A stretch of 64,000 bases of DNA from an uncultured Spirochaetota bacterium (GTDB lineage: Bacteria; Spirochaetota; Brevinematia; Brevinematales; JAOACQ01), in the NCBI GenBank assembly GCA_963835575.1, contig CAWIGG010000004.1, positions 224,001 to 288,000 on the forward strand, in the 5' to 3' direction. The position numbers and the translations under genes were made by a program. Under the pieces are notes generated by a model. The model searched no databases. It saw only the letters and a list, made by a program, of their open reading frames with translations, and was not told the origin of the DNA. How positions within the stretch are numbered: the stretch's first letter is position 1; every line of letters starts with the position of its first letter. Shown here piece by piece: positions 9,092 through 19,076 of the stretch.

Positions 9092-10318
9092 CTATTTTTT
9101 CCACACGATTAGACTTTCTCTGGTAGGTTCTCTTTTATATTCCGCCATTTGCTGGGAACTGTTCCCTCGATATCTCAATACATGGATGCTCTCTGAAGTT
9201 AATCCGACCTGCTCTCCTATTTCACTGAGAATAATATCAACCGGAATCCCTATTCCGGCATAGCGGACATTGCTTACAACAAGGCCGATATATCCATTAT
9301 CCTTTAAAACCGAGCCCATTTCTTTAAGACACAGATACATATCTTCAAAATAACCGTTTAAAGTGGAAATTATCTGCGGATTATTCAATTCTTTTTTTCC
9401 CAGTTCACTAATGATATTTTTTAAAACATCGGGGGCTTCATATTTTTCCGCTTCAAATCTCTTTCTTGCTTCGACATGCGATCTGAGCGTATTATATCGT
9501 AATTTTTTAATGGATTCATTATCATTTAAAAAACCCACCAAAAGCTCTAATTGATATATTCTTGTATAATCGTGCCTATTTGGATATGGAGGAGAAGTCA
9601 AAACCGCATCGAATTTCTTTTCTTTTATTTCTTCGGGATATTGCCGCGAATCGCCAAGAAATGCGGTTGATGTCGATTCTGAGAATTGAATTCTATTAAA
9701 ATCTTTAATATAACTGTTTATTGTTGAGTTAAATAAATTTTTTACTATCTCGGAAGGAACCCTTCTTTGTTCGGTTATCCTGAGAAATCCCCCCGATTTT
9801 TTCGCTTTGCTTACTTTATTCAGTATGCTCAGCAAAGACAATAAAAATAGGTCTTTTTCCTGTTCATCAATTTTATTGATAGAATCCTTTAGCGAAAATA
9901 TATATTTCAATGTATCATTAGAAAATGACTTTTGGAGCAGAGGCACATCCGGTATTTCAACCCGGGGATTTGTTTTATGAGAAATCTCTTCGGCTAACCG
10001 ATTTATTTTTGACTCTTCATATTTTGTAGTTAATGCCTTTGATATGAAAACAGAGAAAGGAGAAATATCCAATCCAGTGGAATTGTAGCCGTCTATTTTT
10101 GATTGAATTAAAGTTGTGCCCCCTCCGCAGAAGGGGTCAAGGATTGAATCACCTTTTGAAAGGTTGAACATCGAAAATATTTCTTTTATTAATTTGCTTC
10201 CGAATCTGTGTTTAAATCCATACCAGTTGAATGGCGGATTATCTCTGTCGGAAATTGGTGAAACATAATTGCCCCAATCCAGTCTTTCTAAAATTTCCAC
10301 TTTATTTTCCTTATGCAA
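9092..10318 (-). CDS. Amino-DNA methyltransferase, probably N4-cytosine (AvaI/BsoBI-like)
   Basis: Motif I DPFCGGGTT precedes catalytic TSPPY; N-terminal WYxFKxxF and C-terminal RGNSSQQM...RESLIVW; TTG start uncertain. Confidence 0.85.
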   Translation of the reverse strand: MHKENKVEILERLDWGNYVSPISDRDNPPFNWYGFKHRFGSKLIKEIFSMFNLSKGDSILDPFCGGGTTLIQSKIDGYNSTGLDISPFSVFISKALTTKYEESKINRLAEEISHKTNPRVEIPDVPLLQKSFSNDTLKYIFSLKDSINKIDEQEKDLFLLSLLSILNKVSKAKKSGGFLRITEQRRVPSEIVKNLFNSTINSYIKDFNRIQFSESTSTAFLGDSRQYPEEIKEKKFDAVLTSPPYPNRHDYTRIYQLELLVGFLNDNESIKKLRYNTLRSHVEARKRFEAEKYEAPDVLKNIISELGKKELNNPQIISTLNGYFEDMYLCLKEMGSVLKDNGYIGLVVSNVRYAGIGIPVDIILSEIGEQVGLTSESIHVLRYRGNSSQQMAEYKREPTRESLIVWKK

Positions 10319-10557
10319 TTATATTAGCCAATGTCAGCAAACAATTTTAAACACAAATTTAATTTAAAATTCGTCAATGAGTTACAAATTTAATTCTCAC
10401 AAATTATTACGGATATTATAATTATGGATGAACAGATTGTCAAATATATTTTTGTTTTCACTTATTAAATACTTAATTAGATTTTCGAGTTACATTTAAA
10501 AATTGAATACATAAACACCACCCGTGATGGCAACATAAGAAAAGTATAATTTATATT

Positions 10558-10612
10558 ATCTCCGTGCCCGGCGCCTGTCCTGAGCGAATGCGAAGGATGT
10601 CTCTGTGGCAAA
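10558..10612 (-). repeat. Composite REP-like element (copy 1)
   Basis: Reverse complement gccacagagacatccttcgcattcgctcaggacaggcgccgggcacggagat matches 17414-17466. Confidence 0.65.
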
Positions 10613-10636
10613 TAAGAAATAGAGTTTTGGGGAACC

Positions 10637-11225
10637 TCACTCGAAATCATGGACATGCGGCGGCAGATGATCATAGAAATGTTCTGCAGATTCATGTACA
10701 AGCCTTTTTAACCGGTTTAGATGATCGAAATGGACCGTTACATGCGAAAGACAGGGAACATGGTGCATCATCTTATGCCGGGTGTCCAGAGCGATACTGT
10801 GGGCTTTTTCCACATTCAGCTTCGGGTTTAACGCGATGGTCAATTCAGCGTAAAGCTGGTGCCCCGGCCGCCGTACGCGAAGGGATGAAAAACCTTTCAC
10901 TTTCCGGACATGGCTTAAGGTATGTAAAATTTCATCAATGATATCAGGGTCAAAGCAGTCAATCAGACTTGTAAAACCGACTTTCCGGAATTCCTGAAAA
11001 TTTATAAAATCTTGAGTATAATAATGGGCCTGATCATCGACTCCGCCTATGGGAAGCCGGGATTAACCCCGGCGGTTCCGGCAAACACAAATTCCTCCAG
11101 GCCAGTTAATCCGTTGATCCGGGCATGACAGCCGCCGGCGTTAAGAGCGGCGCTGCCGGCTGCCCCGCCCGTTTTTTATTTTATAAACCCGGCAGGCTCA
11201 CGGCCAGTGAAACCATTGATAAAGT
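10637..11225 (-). pseudogene. Degraded partial copy of the CDF transporter at 13175-14203
   Basis: C-terminal peptide (GHQLYAELTIALNPKLNVEKAH...HVHDFE) closely matches the intact gene; upstream DNA aligns to ~13440-13760 with indels. Confidence 0.85.
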
Positions 11226-11334
11226 AAGCTCCTGCCGGTTGAACTAAAAATATTTCTCATAATGGGATTGATATTTTGCATCTAAATGAAATTTTATTAT
11301 CTTATATATTAAGATATCAGACCGGAGGCGTAAT

Positions 11335-13041
11335 GTGAATGAAAATTCTCTTTCTCTAAAAATAAAAGGACATTTGAATCAGGTTTATTCCTTTCTAAAA
11401 GAATATATCAATCCCGGTTATCTGGTCTTATTCCTGTTTATTTTATTTAATGGGCTGAAGAATCTTTATTTTCATTCAATTGTCGTGTATCAGCAATTTA
11501 CATTTAACAATTTGATTTTTCATCTGGTCGTTATTTTTTCATGGGCGGTATTATTGGCAGGTGTTGCCGTATTTTCAAGGTCCCGTCTGCTTTTTTCCGC
11601 ATTATACCTGCTGCAGTTCATTTATAATTTTGTCAATTTAACCTATTTCCTTTATTTCAGGAATTATTTATTCGTTAATGTCCTGCTTCTGCTGACCGGT
11701 CAGGTCTTTGAGATCGCAAAAGTGGGAGTGGTCCCAATGTATTATCAAGCGTTTCTGATGCTGCTGGATCTTCCGTTATTTATATTATTGATAAGAATCC
11801 CATTTTTCTTCGGCCGTACACTGAAGCAAAAAAGATGGCTGAATTTGCCGGTTGTATTGGTTCCTATTCTAATTTTAGCGGGATCGTATTACTGGCGTAC
11901 CAAACATACGGACCTTGCGTTTACGGGCGACGCAAAGTATGTTTTTGAATATGACCTGCCGATCGCTCAAATACATAAATATTTAAATAGTTTTGAACCC
12001 GGAGAAGATCATATCAGCCAGCTTCATACCAGCCGGAGAGTATTGACTATCGATGGAAGAGGGAAAAAACAGAATATTTTAGTCATTCAGGTAGAGGCGA
12101 TGGAAAGCGGGGCTGTTCTTGCCAGGTATGACGGGAAACCCGTTATGCCATTCCTTTATGAACTACGGAATAAAGCCGTTTATTATCCTTTTGTACTGTC
12201 CTATCACCTCGGAGGCGGAACTTCAGACTCCGAATTTGCCAATATTAACAGTGTTCAGCCTCTGATCGATTATCCCGTATTTAAAGTTGACAATTATGAT
12301 TTCAATAATTCATACCTTAAGGTTTTGACCAACAGCGGTTTTAAAACTTATGCTTTCCATGGAAACACGGGCACGTTCTGGGACCGCGTCAGGACATTTC
12401 CAAAAATGGGTTTCGAGGAATTTTACGATATGATCCGGATGCACCTTAATAAAGTGGTCTGGGGATCTCCCGACCATGTGGTTTTTGAAAAAGTAGCGAA
12501 TATTATCAGAAAAGAAAAAGGGCTTTCACTGAATTATATTATCACAATGTCCACCCATTCCCCTTATAATTTTATGGGGAGTTATTACACGAACAACCGT
12601 TATACTAATATCGCGAACATCGAAGTAAGAAATTATTATACGGCAATGTCATATTTTGATCAGGCTTTACAGAAATTTTTAAGCAATATCAAAGATATAT
12701 CAAACACCACAATTTTGATCAACGGCGACCATGGAAGCCTGGAAGCGGAAGGGTATCAATGCTCTTCATTTACTGAAAATTCCGTCCATTATGAATTCGT
12801 CCCGCTGTATATCCTGACCCCCTCTCATGATAAATATTTTGATCATAAAACCGCGGCCAGTTTATTGGATATTGCGCCGACCGTATTATATTTGTCGGGA
12901 ATTTCGGCCGGATATCATACCGAAGGAGAAAACCTGATGAGGCCCGATAGCGCAACGAACAAAATTCCTTTCAAAGGAAAATGGTATGACAGGCAGGAAT
13001 TATACAAAAAGATTATCGATAAGACAGGTTTAAACCCTTGA
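11335..13041 (+). CDS. LTA synthase family / sulfatase-like membrane protein
   Basis: N-terminal TM helices; IQVEAMES, GGTSDSEF, STHSPY, GDH motifs; GTG start with GGAGG. Confidence 0.85.
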   Translation: MNENSLSLKIKGHLNQVYSFLKEYINPGYLVLFLFILFNGLKNLYFHSIVVYQQFTFNNLIFHLVVIFSWAVLLAGVAVFSRSRLLFSALYLLQFIYNFVNLTYFLYFRNYLFVNVLLLLTGQVFEIAKVGVVPMYYQAFLMLLDLPLFILLIRIPFFFGRTLKQKRWLNLPVVLVPILILAGSYYWRTKHTDLAFTGDAKYVFEYDLPIAQIHKYLNSFEPGEDHISQLHTSRRVLTIDGRGKKQNILVIQVEAMESGAVLARYDGKPVMPFLYELRNKAVYYPFVLSYHLGGGTSDSEFANINSVQPLIDYPVFKVDNYDFNNSYLKVLTNSGFKTYAFHGNTGTFWDRVRTFPKMGFEEFYDMIRMHLNKVVWGSPDHVVFEKVANIIRKEKGLSLNYIITMSTHSPYNFMGSYYTNNRYTNIANIEVRNYYTAMSYFDQALQKFLSNIKDISNTTILINGDHGSLEAEGYQCSSFTENSVHYEFVPLYILTPSHDKYFDHKTAASLLDIAPTVLYLSGISAGYHTEGENLMRPDSATNKIPFKGKWYDRQELYKKIIDKTGLNP

Positions 13042-13174
13042 TCTCAACCTGGAAAGCGGTTTTATTCAAGACAGTGGGAATGAGAAACAAAATCAATATT
13101 CTCTTAACTCAGAAAAAATCTGCTTTCTGAAACCCGTTTTTTTAATGCGGGGTGGTAATAGTCAGGTTTAAGCC

Positions 13175-14203
13175 TTACTCAAAATCATGGATATGCGCCG
13201 GAAGATGATCATGAGTATGTCTTTCCGGCTTTTTCTTAAGACTTCCGGCCGGAATAAAAGGATCGACATGGACCGTCGCATGAGAAAGATAGGGAACATG
13301 GTGCATCAACTCATGCTGGGTTTCCAGAGCTATATTGTGGGCTTTTTCCACATTCAGTTTTGGATTTAATGCAATGGTCAGTTCGGCAAAAAGCTGGTGT
13401 CCCAGCCACCGCACGCGTATGGATGAAAAACCTTTTACTTCCGGGACATGGCTTAAGGCATGCATGATTTCGTCTATAACGTCAGGGTCAACACCGTCAA
13501 TCAGCCTTGTAAAAACGGACTTTCCGGAATCCCAGACGATTTTTAAGATCATGAAGGTAATGAGAAGGCCGATGACCGGGTCCGCCATTGGAAAACCGAG
13601 GCCCACCCCTATGGCCCCGGCAAAAACCGCCAGGCTCGTTAATCCGTCAATCCGGGCATGATGGCCGTCGGCGACAAGCGCGGCGCTGCCGATCTTCCTG
13701 CCCGTTTTTATCCTCATCAGCGCGGCCGCCTCATTCCCGGTAAAGCCGATGATGGAAGCGGTCATAACCGCCCAGAGATTTTTAACGGCCGCCGGCTTAA
13801 TGATTCTTTCAATAGACTCATAGCCCGCTATGACCGCGCTCGCGAGTATGATCAATACTATAAAAACTCCCGCCAGGTCTTCCATACGCCCATAGCCGTA
13901 TGTAAAGCGCTTTGTCGGCTTCTTTTTTGAAAGCGCAAAGGCGATCCAGAGGGCTATTCCGGTCAAAGCATCGCCGGCATTATGGATCGTGTCCGCGAAA
14001 AGCGCGATACTTCCGGAATAGAATACAATAAAAATTTGAAATAACGCCGTGGAGAGTAAAATCACAAAAGACAATTTGACAGCCCGGATGCCCTGCTCCG
14101 TATTTATTATGGAAGGATCAATAAAGCCATGGATGTGTTCATGTTTGCCGCTTTTTTTTACAGGATTATCATTATTCATAATTTTCTGACAGCCAATTTT
14201 CAT
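13175..14203 (-). CDS. Cation diffusion facilitator (CDF) metal transporter
   Basis: ALFADTIHNAGD, FTYGYGRMEDL, ADGHHARIDG; His-rich termini. Confidence 0.92.
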   Translation of the reverse strand: MKIGCQKIMNNDNPVKKSGKHEHIHGFIDPSIINTEQGIRAVKLSFVILLSTALFQIFIVFYSGSIALFADTIHNAGDALTGIALWIAFALSKKKPTKRFTYGYGRMEDLAGVFIVLIILASAVIAGYESIERIIKPAAVKNLWAVMTASIIGFTGNEAAALMRIKTGRKIGSAALVADGHHARIDGLTSLAVFAGAIGVGLGFPMADPVIGLLITFMILKIVWDSGKSVFTRLIDGVDPDVIDEIMHALSHVPEVKGFSSIRVRWLGHQLFAELTIALNPKLNVEKAHNIALETQHELMHHVPYLSHATVHVDPFIPAGSLKKKPERHTHDHLPAHIHDFE

Positions 14204-14224
14204 ATGTCAGCAGAATAATAGGCC

Positions 14225-14671
14225 TCATTCTTCTTTCAGCAGTTTTTCCTTTTCGCCTTTTTCCTCATCAATGACGTTCTTGAGCCAGGCTTTTGCGGCT
14301 TCTTCATCATCCGAATCAAAAGTCTTGATATACCGCTTGTCCCTGCCCGCCATGGACAGCGCCACATTATACAGCACCTGCATTTCTTTTGTCATCCCGA
14401 CAACGGCGGTCGCTTTTGAAAAATCGGAATTATAGCGGGAAAAATTGGTAAAATCCCTGATTGTTTTCATATTATAATGCATACCATGCACATTGACTAA
14501 AAAAAGGACGCTTTCATGTTCGCATTTCGCGACAAAAGCCTTGCAGATGCTGATAAAGTCGGGTATTTCCTCATTTTGTATCTCTTTAAAGTCCAGATAA
14601 AGAAGATTCAAACCCTCATACTGAATATAAAATGGTTTTCTTTCCGTCATTTTACCCCCCTGAAATTTCAT
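14225..14671 (-). CDS. Small STAS/SEC14 (SpoIIAA-like) domain protein
   Basis: ILYLDF-type N-terminus, KATAVVG, KTFDS..EEAAKAWL C-terminal pattern. Confidence 0.5.
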   Translation of the reverse strand: MKFQGGKMTERKPFYIQYEGLNLLYLDFKEIQNEEIPDFISICKAFVAKCEHESVLFLVNVHGMHYNMKTIRDFTNFSRYNSDFSKATAVVGMTKEMQVLYNVALSMAGRDKRYIKTFDSDDEEAAKAWLKNVIDEEKGEKEKLLKEE

Positions 14672-14710
14672 ATATACAAAATTAATCCGGTCTTTTTAAT
14701 TCGGCCTTTA

Positions 14711-15691
14711 TTATATTTCCACATCAATCTTCGGCAATCCTATCTTAAACCCGGCCATTGTCCAGTCGCCCTGGTTCCTCGGCGTGAATATCTTTCCATA
14801 AGTCCCGTACAGGCTCCGGTTCGCTTCGATCACAAATGCGCACTGGATATAGCCCATACCCGCCGAAAAATGTTTTTCACCGGGATCTTTTTCCCTTTTT
14901 AATTCCGCCCTGAGCTGGCTGTATGCTAAGGCAAAATAAGGATAAAAAGATGAATGCACGCCGTTTACTATCATCATAAAATACAGGGAGAGATTCCAAT
15001 AATCCTCAAAGTTTTCCTTGACGGCGTTATTCCAGAGCTTTTTAAATTCTTTTTGATGATAATCCTGTAGAAAAATTTTTAAAATCGTGTCGGAACAATC
15101 GCTGAAGTTCTTCATTTCGAACTCCTGCCGGAGGTCAAACTGGGCTATCGCCTGCCCCGCCTCAATCCTTTTCTGGATCATTGACTGGGTCTGCTTCTGG
15201 ATATGCCCATAGTTCTCAATCTCAATATGAAGCTCATTCTCCTTGACCTGCATATGAACAATGACATGGATTTCAGGATACTTATAAAGCAGAGGCGTAT
15301 TTTCTCCCTTCAAACAATATTCTTCATTCAATATTTGACGCATCAGCGAAAGCGGGGCGCATTCGGCATCTTCTTTTATAAGGCCCAGCTTTTTTGCGAT
15401 AAGGGTGATATTTTCTTTTTCACCGTTTTTGACTATTTCCCTGAGAAGGGTATCGATCTTCTGCGATACATCAGGAATAAACGTGTCGCAGATCGCGTGA
15501 ATCCTTTCAAAAACGAATGGCGGCTGCGAAGAGAAAAAAGCCAGCGCCAATTCCTTTTCTTTCTTGGCAAGCTGCATGATATCCAGGAATTTTTTCCCTT
15601 TAACAGGTATATCATTCAAAATAAACTCATTAGGACCAACTGTAAGAATCAAAGGAAAATGGACCTTTTTGTCAACAAATTTTTTTAACAC
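14711..15691 (-). CDS. Hypothetical protein with possible divergent GHKL/HATPase_c-like motifs
   Basis: LREIVKNGEKEN (N-box-like), LHIEIENYG (G1-like), SAGMGY (G2-like). Confidence 0.45.
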   Translation of the reverse strand: MLKKFVDKKVHFPLILTVGPNEFILNDIPVKGKKFLDIMQLAKKEKELALAFFSSQPPFVFERIHAICDTFIPDVSQKIDTLLREIVKNGEKENITLIAKKLGLIKEDAECAPLSLMRQILNEEYCLKGENTPLLYKYPEIHVIVHMQVKENELHIEIENYGHIQKQTQSMIQKRIEAGQAIAQFDLRQEFEMKNFSDCSDTILKIFLQDYHQKEFKKLWNNAVKENFEDYWNLSLYFMMIVNGVHSSFYPYFALAYSQLRAELKREKDPGEKHFSAGMGYIQCAFVIEANRSLYGTYGKIFTPRNQGDWTMAGFKIGLPKIDVEI

Positions 15692-15907
15692 AATTTTCCT
15701 TCCCTTACGGGTTTTTTATATTTTAAATCATAACTTACATTCCCGCAAAATTATTTTATCTTTTTATTTCGGGTAAAACATTGTAGAATATATTCAGGAA
15801 TTTTAAAATACATTATCTCCTTTTTAAAAATGGAGGAAAATATGGAAAAATTCCTGAAATATATGGCCGTCACTGGATTTGTTCTATTTATATTTATCAG
15901 GAAAATT

Positions 15908-15947
15908 AAAAAAAGGGGGTGTAAAATTTATTCAACGCCCCTTTTTT
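15908..15947. terminator. Possible bidirectional intrinsic terminator
   Basis: A-tract, ggggg...cgcccc stem, T-tract. Confidence 0.4.
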
Positions 15948-16148
15948 CATTTAGCTTCCACATTTTGGACACGCCATAAGATCCACTTCAATGACTTTCT
16001 GGATGAGCCGCACCCATGCTTGATTAGTTTTTTTCTTTTTAGCCCCAACATCTTCCGGACTTTTTTCTTCCGTCGGAATATCTTGAACTGTATCCGCCGC
16101 CTTAAATTTTTCCAGCCTGTCTTCCGCCGTATTTTTATCAGAAGCCCG
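15948..16148 (-). pseudogene. C-terminal remnant of an IS91-like transposase
   Basis: Manual translation ...NQAWVRLIQKVIEVDLMACPKCGS*M resembles the W(A/V)RLIxKVYEVDPLxCPxCGxxM zinc-binding tail; in-frame stop. Confidence 0.65.
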
Positions 16149-16165
16149 TCGAACTTAAATCAGCT

Positions 16166-17044
16166 TTATAATACCTGTTTTTGAAGAAAATCCATAACAA
16201 GAGAGATGAAATTTTTATTGGTGGTTGGAGATACAATGTCCCCCGCAAGGATATGATCTTTAGCTTCGCTGAAATTAACAATTGATTTTCGTTCGCTCCC
16301 TAAAAGCTCAAATACACGCTTTATATCCGGGATAGATAATACATTATCATTTTCCGTATATACACATAATACAGGTATTTTTATAGATTTAAGATTTATT
16401 TTTTTTACTAAATTTACAGTTTTCATCATTGATTGAACTGCCTGTGACCTGTAACGCGGCGTCCAGTACCTTCCATGCAGCTCATTGACAGGTTCAAATT
16501 GAGTATAATATTTACCGAGTATCATCCGGGCCAAAAGCCTTCCGCCTGGTAAAAGAAAGAGATTTGATCTTTTATCAGCCAGCCCAAAATTGGGAGACAG
16601 AATAATGAGCGCCGCACTCTTTTTATCATCAGCAGCAAGCCAGGCTGCAAGCGGGGCACCCGTTGAATATCCGACCAATATTACCTGATTTCCTATTGCA
16701 TTGCCGATGGCATACGCCTCATGAACGTCGTAAAGCCAATCCTTCCATTTTGCCTCTTTTAAGGCATCCCCATTCAGGCCGTGGCCTTTCAGACGTGTAT
16801 AAAACAGATTCGCTTTAATTTTTTTTGCGATATCATCAAAAACCGGGGCAGTCTCCTGACGGCTTGCCGTGAATCCATGGATGTAGACAATAGAGAAAGG
16901 AGTCTTTTTTCCTGCTCCCGATGCCCAATATATTATTTTCTCTGTTCCAGGAATAATACCGGGAATTGATGCTTCCCCTTTTTTTAACCAGTCATCCAGA
17001 GCCTCTATCTCCGGTAAAGCCATCTTATCACTTTCATTCTTCAT
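16166..17044 (-). CDS. Alpha/beta hydrolase (esterase/lysophospholipase-like)
   Basis: IHGF oxyanion motif, GHG, GYSTG nucleophile elbow, D and H near C-terminus. Confidence 0.88.
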   Translation of the reverse strand: MKNESDKMALPEIEALDDWLKKGEASIPGIIPGTEKIIYWASGAGKKTPFSIVYIHGFTASRQETAPVFDDIAKKIKANLFYTRLKGHGLNGDALKEAKWKDWLYDVHEAYAIGNAIGNQVILVGYSTGAPLAAWLAADDKKSAALIILSPNFGLADKRSNLFLLPGGRLLARMILGKYYTQFEPVNELHGRYWTPRYRSQAVQSMMKTVNLVKKINLKSIKIPVLCVYTENDNVLSIPDIKRVFELLGSERKSIVNFSEAKDHILAGDIVSPTTNKNFISLVMDFLQKQVL

Positions 17045-17413
17045 GCATAGATTTTATAACTGTGTGTAATATTAAGCAATCAATTCAAAAAAAATTTCAA
17101 AGCAGGATGAATGGCTGTTTTTAGCGATCACTAAGACCGGAATAAATGTTAGAAATTGTTATCACCGCCGGATGTGGCGGCTCAAAGAAAACCAGCCCGC
17201 TGTTGATGTACCCCAAATTGGGAGTTTTAAAACGGGAGCGCCGGTCGGGTTTCCTGTTGACGATAAAAATATATACAAAGAACACGACGAGAATTAATAA
17301 TTGTTAGGAAATATTATATTCAGAGGCGGGTAAAAAACGTAATAAATAATCGAGAAAAACCAAAAAAAGTCGATTTTTTAATAAAAATGAACTGTTAAAA
17401 AAAACATTTAATT

Positions 17414-17466
17414 AACCACGGAGTTCACCCTTCGGCAGGCTCAGGACAGGCGCCGAACACAGAGAT
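17414..17466 (+). repeat. Composite REP-like element (copy 2); partner arm at ~18910-18936
   Basis: aaccacggag-[cccttcggcaggctcaggacagg]-cgccgaacacagagat; complementary arm ctccgtctccgtggt lies beyond the IS256. Confidence 0.65.
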
Positions 17467-17482
17467 ATTATAATTTATTGTA

Positions 17483-18878
17483 GAGTTTTTGTCAAATGTT
17501 GTGTATGACATACCCTCTCATTTTTTTATGCTGCCTTTTTTACAAGCTCTCCGTTCTCAAAAACAGCGCCTTCCAATACAAGGCTAATCTTTTCATAACC
17601 TCTTAATTTTCTCCATCGCCTGGATGCCTTATCCAGTAATTTATAGACCATTATTAGAATCGTTTCCCTGGTTCCGCAGCCTCTCATCTTTTTAGTTCTT
17701 AATCGAACTGTAGAGAAGGTAGATTCTATTACGTTTGTCGTACGGATATGTACCCAATGTTCCGCCGGACAGTTATAAAATTCGATCATAAGCTCCCAAT
17801 CCTTTTCTAAACATTCGACAGCTGCTGGATATTTAGGATTAAAAACCGCCTGGAATAATTCAAAAGCTTTGATAGCATTATCCTTATCAGGAGCATTGCA
17901 TATCTCATGAAGCATCTCTTTTGCCTTTGACTGTAATACTTTGGGCAGCTTGTTTAGAATGTTCTTTATCTTATGAACCCAGCATCTCTGCCATCTGGAT
18001 TCAGGATATACTTCTTTGGCTGCTTTCCAGAATCCAAGGCTTCCGTCTCCGATAAAAAGAATAGGACCTTTCAAACCTTTTTCTTTTAGGTTTCTTAATA
18101 TCCCTAACCAAGTCTCGGAATTCTCTCTGTAACCTTCTTCAACAAGAATAATCTCCTTTTCACCATTCTCATTGGCTCCGATCATTACAAGAGTGCATAA
18201 ACGGTCTTCGCTGCCCTGTACATTGAAGTAAATGCCGTCAACCCATATATAGCAATACTTTTTATCGCTTAAATCGGATGTCCGCCACTCATCATATTCT
18301 TTACCCCATCCTTGTTTCATTCTGCTTATACTTGAGGCTGATAATCCTTTCGCTTCTTCACCAAGCAATCCTCTCAAGGCATTCTCCATATCCATCTCTG
18401 AGACTCCATAGAGATACAACAATGGAATGGCTTCCTCAATTCTCAGGCTTTTTCTCATATACGGCGGTACTATTAGGCTTTGAAAATTGTCGCCTCCGAG
18501 TCGGTTCCTTGTTCTCGGAATACATACATCAATAGCCCCTCCACCAATGAGAATCTGACGGGCTTTATGATACCCATTTCTTACTATTGCCTTTCTCCCG
18601 TCTTCGATAGTTAAATGCTCTCTCTCCTGAAGAAACCCATTAATTTCATCTTCCAGAGCCTTCTTGATTATTTCCCTGGCCCCGATCCTTGCCAATTCTT
18701 CAAGACATAAAAATTCTACTGTTTCATCTTGATTAAAAGCCTGTAAGAGCTTAAAATCTTCGTTGTGCTTCGGCATATGGCGTATTCCTCCTTTTGTTTA
18801 TTGTCGTAAATAAATTATAGAGGGTACGCCATCTTTTTTATAATATTTATTCCTATACACAACTTTCTATTATAACTC
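17483..18878 (-). mobile_element. Complete IS256-family insertion sequence
   Basis: Imperfect terminal IRs (GAGTT...GTTGTGTAT); 9-bp target duplication TTTATTGTA at 17474-17482 and 18879-18887. Confidence 0.92.
17526..18776 (-). CDS. IS256-family transposase
   Basis: VRNGY, YIWVDGIY, IGDG.LGFW, QRCWVHK, IRTTNVIES motifs. Confidence 0.95.
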   Translation of the reverse strand: MPKHNEDFKLLQAFNQDETVEFLCLEELARIGAREIIKKALEDEINGFLQEREHLTIEDGRKAIVRNGYHKARQILIGGGAIDVCIPRTRNRLGGDNFQSLIVPPYMRKSLRIEEAIPLLYLYGVSEMDMENALRGLLGEEAKGLSASSISRMKQGWGKEYDEWRTSDLSDKKYCYIWVDGIYFNVQGSEDRLCTLVMIGANENGEKEIILVEEGYRENSETWLGILRNLKEKGLKGPILFIGDGSLGFWKAAKEVYPESRWQRCWVHKIKNILNKLPKVLQSKAKEMLHEICNAPDKDNAIKAFELFQAVFNPKYPAAVECLEKDWELMIEFYNCPAEHWVHIRTTNVIESTFSTVRLRTKKMRGCGTRETILIMVYKLLDKASRRWRKLRGYEKISLVLEGAVFENGELVKKAA

Positions 18879-19076
18879 TTTATTGTAAGTCAATGAGTTA
18901 AAACAATTCACTCTTTGCGCTCCGTCTCCGTGGTGAAATTTCAGGTTTTGGGTATCTGCGCACAGTTAATTTAATAGTTTTCACACAGTCTGTGAGCTAG
19001 TCGAAGTGTTGCCGAAGCATTGCCGAATTTATATCATAAAATATAGTCTACGGCTGAAGGTTGCGTTATTATAGCA

